NCBI GenBank assembly: GCA_001179505.1
Contig: CDMY01000716.1
Span: forward strand, 1 to 27,809
Length of the DNA: 27,809 nt
Direction of reading: 5' to 3'
DNA from: Vitrella brassicaformis CCMP3155
Lineage: Eukaryota > Protista > Chromerida
Positions 20,841 to 27,809 of the stretch are shown one piece after another. Position 1 is the first letter of the stretch; every line of letters starts with the position of its first letter. Made by a program: the position numbers and the translations under genes. A model generated the notes under the pieces. The model was not told the origin of the DNA. It made no database searches and was given only the letters and a program-made list of their open reading frames with translations.

Positions 20841-23295
20841 ATCAATCAACGGGGGTTGGGGTGGGTGTGCAGGGGGTGAGGGATGGCTCGTGGGCGTGGC
20901 GTGCTGTATTGCTTCCTGCGGGTGGTGGTGATGTGATGTGAGATACTGCTTTGGGTGGTGGGTGAGGTGCGTCGGGCGAATGGAATGGGTGGCTGAATGG
21001 GATGGGTGGCTAGCATAGATGGATATAGGCGTGGGCTCGGCGCCTCTTTTTTCCTTGTTGTATCCGATAGATCGGTCTGGGCGGTCGGGGTGAGTGGGTT
21101 GGTTGTGTGTCTGTGTGTGTAATGTATATCATGTCATCTCGTGCGTGTGTAAACGTGGCAATTGTGGTCTGTCTGTCGTCGGTCTGGCACCGCACCGTAC
21201 CGTCTGTGTGTCTGTGTGTCTGTCTGTCCACCTCTCGCCTCACTCTCCCGGTGTGTCGGTAGTAGACAGATGCGACAGCATGCATGGCATGGCATGGCGT
21301 GACTGCAAGACAGAAAGAGATACGATACTCATGGACGGACGATTGCCAAATGCAGCGGGGGGGTGGCTTTGTGTTGCTTTGTCTTCTGGGCGGTTAGCAA
21401 ACGAGCGAGAGAGAATTCGGCCGATAGATGAGATGTGGTGGTGCTTGGTGCGTTTTGACCTACCTGGCTGGCCGGGCCTCCAGAGTGGCTGGCCGTCAGA
21501 TTGTGTTCAGCCTGACCGTTGTTTTGTTTTCGCACCAACGCACACCACGTCGATCCACATCCCTCCGTTTGTCTAGTCTCTTCCCTTGGTCTGTCGGCTG
21601 AGCACCTACCTGCCTCTCTGCCTCTCTGCCTGCCTGCCCCTTGCCAGCAATGCAGTAGCGAGATCGGCACAAAACGCGCCTCCAATGCATCCAGAACAGA
21701 GATTCTATCCAGTCCATTGTCCATTCTACCCGTCTCCCCGTCTGCCTTCCTGCCTTGCCTTCCTTGCTGTGGTCCGCCTGTCTGCCTGTCTGTCTACCTG
21801 TCTGTCTGTCTGTGTATCTAAACCATGCCCTTCCGTGTACACAGTGAAGTCCTGGCTCTCTCCTCTGCTTCCTCTCACTGACCTAAGCGGCTGGGTGGCT
21901 GGCCGGGCGAGTGTGGGTAAGGGTGCGAGTGTGAATGCGTGGAGGTGGAGGTGGGTTGGGGGCAAGGCAAGGTACACCAGACACCACACACTCAGACAGG
22001 CAGGCAGACAGGCCGACCGCCCATTGATTGCCCCGTGCATTTGTCGTCTGTTCGTACCACATGTGTGTGAGGGGAGGGAGTGTGGGTGCCTAGCAGACCG
22101 TGTGGGAGACCGAGTGCGTAACCGTACCTGTGTATAAGATTCGTATTTTTGCCTGGCTGGCTGGCTGGCTGGCTCCTGGTTGTCTGTCTTGTCTAGTGTG
22201 TGCATACGACTGCTGACGGACGGTGGCCGGGCTGGGGGCCGGGGGGGAAGGCGTGTGAAGGCGGGTTTTTCGTACCTACCTACCGAGACATACACACACA
22301 CACAGATGCAGTGCAGCAAACACAAGGTGGATTGGAGGACAAGGCACTTTTCAAGGCTGGGGATGGGGTGGCTAATGCGTACACGTAGACAACACAATGA
22401 CTGATCTAATCCATGTAGCCTGTCTGTCTGGGGGAGGGAGGGACAGGTCGATGCTCAGCCTGGCTCCGATTGACACACGTGACGAGCCAAGCTAGCTGTC
22501 GGTCGCCCCCGCCTCTCACCCCTCTCTCTCTCTGTCTCTCACTGCGGGCGGGTCACTCACAGGCAGACACCCACGCACATGAAGCTCGATCTCTCTATCC
22601 CTCTGTCTGGCTAGCACATGGCTCTTTGGTCGTGATGTCTAGGTCTAGGAGAAATACCCACCTCCCTGGCGGAGCGGGCAATAAGTAAGACCATCCATGA
22701 GTGCCTGTCGGCCTGCCTGTATGCCTGCCTGCCTGCCTGCGTGACAAGCTCGCCGAGCCTGGTGTCTGTCTGTCTGGCTACCTCTGTTCCATCCCGTTCA
22801 TCCCATGGGTTTATTCGGCCATCTAATGCGGTGGGTTTCTGACCCATGGAGCGGATCGATCGGTAATGGAACGGAGGGTGGATGGGCACGACCTGCCGGC
22901 CCGGCTTGGCTGGTTGCGTGGGTGGGGGGCTGGCTGATGTGTGCGTGTGTGTGTGTTTGGACTGGCTGCTTGGCTGACTGTGTGGCTGTTTGGATGGCTG
23001 GATGGATGGATGGATGGACACACCACATAGACACACCATGTGCAAAGGACACTCTGATCTAATAAGCTCATTACGGCGGCGGAAAGCGCATTGCCAACAT
23101 CAACGCAGCCGGCTGGCTCACAGTGCGGTATGTGTGACGCCTTCATTTCCATGCCGAAACACGTCAGCCCCCGTCCGTCATTTCTGTACAGCTAGCTGTC
23201 TAGTCATCAACACACGTACACACGCACACACGCACTCACGCACTCACGCAGCTAGCACCCACCACACGAATGGAGTCAGCTGGCAGAGAGAGGGG

Positions 23296-23318
23296 CAGAC
23301 AGACAGACAGACAGACAG

Positions 23319-23348
<30 letters not shown>
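23296..23348. repeat. (CAGA)n followed by a (TG)n microsatellite
   Basis: cagacagacagacagacagacagat gtgtgtgtgtgtgtgtgtgtgtgtgtgtag. One of many such arrays in the window. Confidence 0.85.
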
Positions 23349-23351
<3 letters not shown>

Positions 23352-24424
23352 CCGTGCCTGCGAATGGATTGACGTTCTGCTGCTCCCTGTCCGCCCGCCA
23401 CCGAGCGGCGTCGAGGGACAGACAGACAGACAGACAGATGGAGACCCTTATGTGTAATGTATACAGACCCCGTGTGTGTGCCGCGCTCCGGATGGACGCG
23501 ATCAGCTTAGCTAATGCTATTCACTCATTGCAACAGCCAGGCATTAAGACATACGAACACACACATCCCCCAGCTGATATGCACACCGTCTCTCTCACTC
23601 AGGATCGTCTGTCTGTCTGTCTGTCTGTGTTTGGGCTCGCCGAGCGCCTCGGCAGCTACCGCCCTCACACTTCAATCAGGCCACCGTATGTGTGCCTTGC
23701 CTTGCCTTCTGTCCGCCCATCTCCCTCTGGTACTGTCTGTCCTCTGTCCTCTCTCTCCGACCCACACACATGAGTGGGGCAATGGGAGAGGGGAGGGGCG
23801 GAGTCGACAGACAGACAGACAGACAGACAGACAGGGACGAGCGAGCCAGACAGGCAGACAGACCGGCAGAGAGGTGTAAGGAAACGATTGACAGAGAGGA
23901 GAGGAAGAGGCAGACCATTTATCCAGGCATCCATCTAGCCATCGGGTGGTGTGGGAGAGACCTGGAGAGGGGCACCCAGGTAGTCAGGCGAACAGGTCTC
24001 ACACACCCGCACACACACTCACACACTGCGGCCGAGCCATCACGTCACCCCCAGCAGTGGAGGGCAACACACCAGCCCCACCCCCACAGCCAGGCAGCCA
24101 GCCACCCAGACAGGCGCATATCAACAGAGAGGGAGGGAGAGAGGGAGGGAGGTGCAGAGAGAATGCATGGCACAACGCAGGCAGGTCGCCCACCCAGAGC
24201 CATTGGGTAATGTCAGCAGCTGGTCTCTCTACAGAGTGGGAGGTATACGATCTCTCTCTACCACAGACAGCCATAAGTCGATTCGGGCATACAGCAGCCA
24301 CAGACGGCACTGCAAACACTCTGCCAAGACAAACACACAAACAGGTGACACCCATACAGACAGAAGATTCGAACACACTGTGGTGTGTGGGTACCTGTGT
24401 GGTCCGGTATTTGAGTTGGGTTGA

Positions 24425-26891
24425 TCAGTCGCCATTCTCCTCCTCGGCTTCAGATGCATTGTCACCTGTCATGAAGACACACACCCACACAAACCTGGAT
24501 GTGACGCGGGTCGGTGTGAGTCTATCTGTCGTCCGCTGTGTGTGTCCCTCCCTCGTGTGTACCTCCGCTGTGCTCTCCGTCGCTGTCATCATCCAGATCA
24601 TCCCAGTCACCGCCATGGCCGTCGGAATCTACACCACACACAAAGACAGACAGAGAAGAAATGCCATCCGTCCATCCATCCATCTATCCATGGCCACCAT
24701 GTGTGTGTGTGTCCCTCCCTCCCCTGTCCGCACCGTCATTATCGCCACTGTCATCGTCTACTTGTCCGTCGAAGATGTATGGCGCCACTCGTCCCAGCGC
24801 CACACGGGCCAGCCGAGTGGTCACGGGGAAGCAGTCCTTGAAGGCACCACCACTCATCTCCCTCGACCCCACAGCCCCGGGGACCTTAGACACGGCAGCC
24901 TCGGTCGTCTTGACAAGAACCTCCACTGCAGACAGACAATGACACACAGAAACGACACATGTGGCAGTTTACGATCAGAGCCGCCTGTCTGTCGCCCTGA
25001 CCGGTGCCGTCCTCCAAATCCTCAATCCCAAGCCACGCGACGAAGTCGTGGCTGCTGTCGGTCAGCACCAGGTATCGCACACAACCGTCACTGCTGAATG
25101 TGGTGGTGCAGCCGGCCACTGGTGTGTGGGGCGACTGGGTGAGGAGGGAATCCAGACGGCCGCCACCAACACGCCTGAACCAACCACACCACACACAAAC
25201 ACAATCAAAGACGCACCCCTCTCACCCACTGGTGCCATCGGTGGGTTACCTGTTGAGGTCTATCGATGCGCAATAGGTGCGCCAGTGGTGTTTCCACTCG
25301 AAGTGGTTGAGGACCAAACGCTTGGCCCACGACGACGCCGACGCATCGTCGGTGCGGTTGCCGAACCCCCCACCCCCAAATCCGCCGTCGAATTCGTCCC
25401 AGTAGTTGCGGCTGCGCACTGGTGGGTCATGCTCTAGTCGGTGCTGCTCATACAGGTGGCCGGCAGGGAGGGGCCCGTCATCGAGGTCCTCCTCGTCCTC
25501 GATGACCTCCTCGTCCTCGATGGCCTCGTCCTCGATCACGGGGGCATCTATGAGCAGCCGGTAGTCGGCCTCGTCCTCGATGGCCTTGTCATAGAAGGCC
25601 CGCACCTCATGGCCATGGCGGAACAGCTTCAGCCGGCTGCCTTGCCCTTCGCCGTCCTTGAACCGCACACGGCGGCCCACCACCATCAGCTGCGCCAACA
25701 CACGGGGAAGCGACACATACGCCTGCACACACGACAACACACACACACACACACACACATGGATGAGCGAATAAGGCGATTTCTTCCCCTCCCTCCCGCC
25801 CTGTGAGTCCCACCGTCTTGTCGGCATGTTTGTTGATGTTGGCAGCAGTGACCTTGACAGGCAGCTTGCACCTGCCGCACTGCTCCGCCCACCGCAGCAC
25901 CTCAGCCACCTCGTCCCACGTCTGCTCCTCCACCAGCCACATGGCCGCCAGCACCACACCTGGCTCAGACACGGTCTGGGCGTCGAAGACCAGCACGGTG
26001 TCGAGCCGTGTGCCGTCGGCGAGCAGTTTGTGGTGCAGCGAGTGGGTGAGGCGGGTGCGGAGGGCGGTGAGAGGGTAGTCGACGAGGCTGTGGTGGCGAG
26101 CCGCCATTCTGAGGCTGCCGACGTCCTTGACCTTGAGCAGCCGAACTCGCGAGCCGCCGAAGATGCAGCGGACCGCCTCGTTGTTGATGACGGGCGAGTC
26201 CAGGTCGCTGCTCCTGCTGCTGATCTTGGTGGCACCTCCCTGTTGCTGCTGTGTCGCTGCCGCAGCACCACCCGCACCAACCGAGCCACCTGAAGGCACC
26301 ACACAGCACAGGAGGGTCATGACGATATGCAGTCCACCAACGGCAGCCGATGCTTTGCGTACCTCCACTGTGTCCACCACCAGCAGGGCTGATGTCTACG
26401 CGTCTACTCTTCTTGGCGCCGCCGTCATCAGCAGGCGCCTGACCAGCGACACACATCAATGAGTTTGTCTGTCTGTGTGTCTGTGTGGGTGTAGGCTTGA
26501 GAGCGTACCGCTTCGCTATGCTGTTTGTTGCTGTCGGTCTCCTTCGGTCCCACGGCCGCCTCGCCGTCGACATCCATTCGCTGACATAAACACACATCGA
26601 CACACAGAGGAGTGGACAGACAGACAGACAGACAGACAGGCAGCACAGTGAATGAATGGTCGGTCTAGCGCCTCCCTCCCTCCCTCCCTCCCTCCCTCAC
26701 CGATTGGATCTGATCTATGACATCTCGCAAGCTATCGTCCGACAAGTCGCCCCGCCCACCTGCACCACACACCATCACCACACACACCATCACCACACAC
26801 ACACACACACACACATGACAGCCGTGTGTGTCCATTGTGTGGGTCATCGCCCACCTCTGGAGGGAGCCGGGGCGTCGTGGCTACTGTCCAT
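24425..26891 (-). CDS. Hypothetical protein, 10 exons, ~554 aa, acidic C-terminal tail; probably a member of a lineage-specific expanded family
   Basis: Exons (minus): 26891-26855, 26759-26701, 26580-26509, 26438-26363, 26289-25814, 25722-25250, 25174-25002, 24925-24734, 24628-24563, 24465-24425. Total 1665 nt, all GT-AG, phases consistent: MDSSHDAPAPSRGGRGDLSDDSLRDVIDQIQS...VLAAMWLVEEQTWDEVAEVLRWA...GGGRLDSLLTQSPHTPVAGC...DFVAWLGIEDLEDGTVEVLVKTTE...FKDCFPVTTRLARVALGRVAPYIFDGQV...EEENGD-stop. Family membership is from recollection of Vitrella hypothetical proteins and was not searched. An in-frame extension 5' of 26891 is possible (TACAG acceptor at ~26913). Confidence 0.82.
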
Positions 26892-27404
26892 CTGACGAAC
26901 ACGGTCAACCACCTGTACCAAGGAAGCAGCCACACAGCGAGATGGGATGCAGTCATCAGTGTGCCGCTCTCAGTCTGCCGACTCACTGCTCAGTGTGTGA
27001 GTTTTGGCGTCAGCCATCAAGCAGCCCGACTGATGCCGTCAGTGCTGCCCACCGCACACACACGTCCAGAACCTCTCACTCAGACCGTCACCGTCGGATC
27101 TGACAGCACACACACCGCACGGCCACGCAGGGAGGGAAGGGAATGTGTTGCCTGTCGTTTGTCTGCCTGTCTGCCTGCCTCCCTCAGGTGGTCTCGCTGA
27201 TGGGAAGGCTTAGCGCACCGCACCGGCTCAGTGAGTGAATGGGCCGAGAGCTCGTCTCGTGGTCTCACCGGTGATGGTGATGAGAGGAAGTGTGGAGGCA
27301 CCAACAGACAAGAGCTCCAACGACAAGAGCTCCTGACTGGTCGCCCCTCTCGCGCCCGAGCTGAGCCGCCACCCAGGTTGCTGCTGCGCGGCTGTACACG
27401 TGGC

Positions 27405-27448
27405 GGCGGCTCCTTGCTGATGGATGGATGGATCCTTGCTGATGGATG
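27405..27448. repeat. 22-bp tandem duplication CCTTGCTGATGGATGGATGGAT x2
   Basis: Read directly; coordinates approximate to a few bases. Confidence 0.75.
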
Positions 27449-27635
27449 GATGGATAGCAGCCTGGATGGATCCAATGAGCTAACGGGATTGGTTGGTTAA
27501 GGGTTTGACGAGACACCTGTCCCTAAGCCCGGCGCTACCTTCCGGCGCAACCAGGCATCTTCTCTGTCCACAGCACACACCAAACAGGCAACAGGCACAT
27601 GCAGAATGCATGCACAAGGCCTATCTGCCCTTCCC

Positions 27636-27689
27636 ATGGAGCAGTGGGTGCTAGTCTGACAAGTCAGCGTCAAGCACCCACTGCTCCAT
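27636..27689. repeat. Inverted repeat / hairpin with a perfect 17-bp stem
   Basis: ATGGAGCAGTGGGTGCT (27636-27652) and AGCACCCACTGCTCCAT (27673-27689) are exact reverse complements. The inner CTGAC-AA-GTCAG (27656-27667) adds a further 5-bp stem. Confidence 0.9.
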
Positions 27690-27809
27690 CTCATGCAACT
27701 CATATATGAAGTCATACTCACCATCAAACTGACTGGGTGGGAGAGATGGATTGAGTGCAAGCCAGCGAGCCCGCTCCTTGTGTGCAGCTAGGAGGAAGTC
27801 TGCAACTGC

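Noticed and set aside
24210-24392. Plus-strand peptide EWEVYDLSLPQTAISRFGHTAA...DSNTLWCVG resembling a Kelch blade (RxGHTA...GG)
   Set aside because: Codons are mostly A/T-ending, unlike the GC3-rich real exons. There is no room for further exons before the convergent stop at 24425, and it probably lies in that gene's 3' UTR. Likely chance; a TBLASTN hit with Kelch proteins would reopen it.
43-27760. Numerous ORF-track entries rich in HTHT, CVCV, QTDR or PSIH
   Set aside because: These are translations of (CA)n, (TG)n, (CAGA)n and (GGAT)n microsatellites, or antisense and shifted frames of real exons.
1-27809. tRNA, rRNA, snRNA, CRISPR arrays, telomeric repeats and transposase/RT coding sequence
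   Set aside because: No T-loop/D-loop pairs in a cloverleaf context (GTTCGA hits are inside kinase exons or lack stems), no regularly spaced repeat-spacer array, and no DDE or RT motifs seen.

Overview
Eukaryotic, very intron-rich, microsatellite-rich genomic DNA. Introns are mostly 70-100 nt, with CA-rich 5' halves and TG-rich 3' halves. Style and gene content suggest a chromerid alveolate such as Vitrella brassicaformis (inference, not searched). I rebuilt four spliced genes by hand, checking reading-frame phase at every junction. (1) Minus strand, 1732 to <1: a putative secreted protein of unknown function that runs off the left edge. (2) Minus strand, 12585-9576: a 10-exon, ~751-aa TKL-like protein kinase with atypical Gly-loop and APE motifs. 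(3) Plus strand, 13427-20840, head-to-head with the kinase: a 34-exon, ~1417-aa putative nuclear protein made of seven divergent modules, each an amphipathic helix followed by an AP2-like domain. This is the most interesting object in the window. (4) Minus strand, 26891-24425: a 10-exon, ~554-aa hypothetical protein. A 300-N assembly gap lies at 8909-9208, and a 54-nt hairpin with a perfect 17-bp stem at 27636-27689. I could not build a gene in 1.8-9.5 kb or 20.9-24.4 kb. No tRNA, rRNA, CRISPR array or recognisable transposon was seen.
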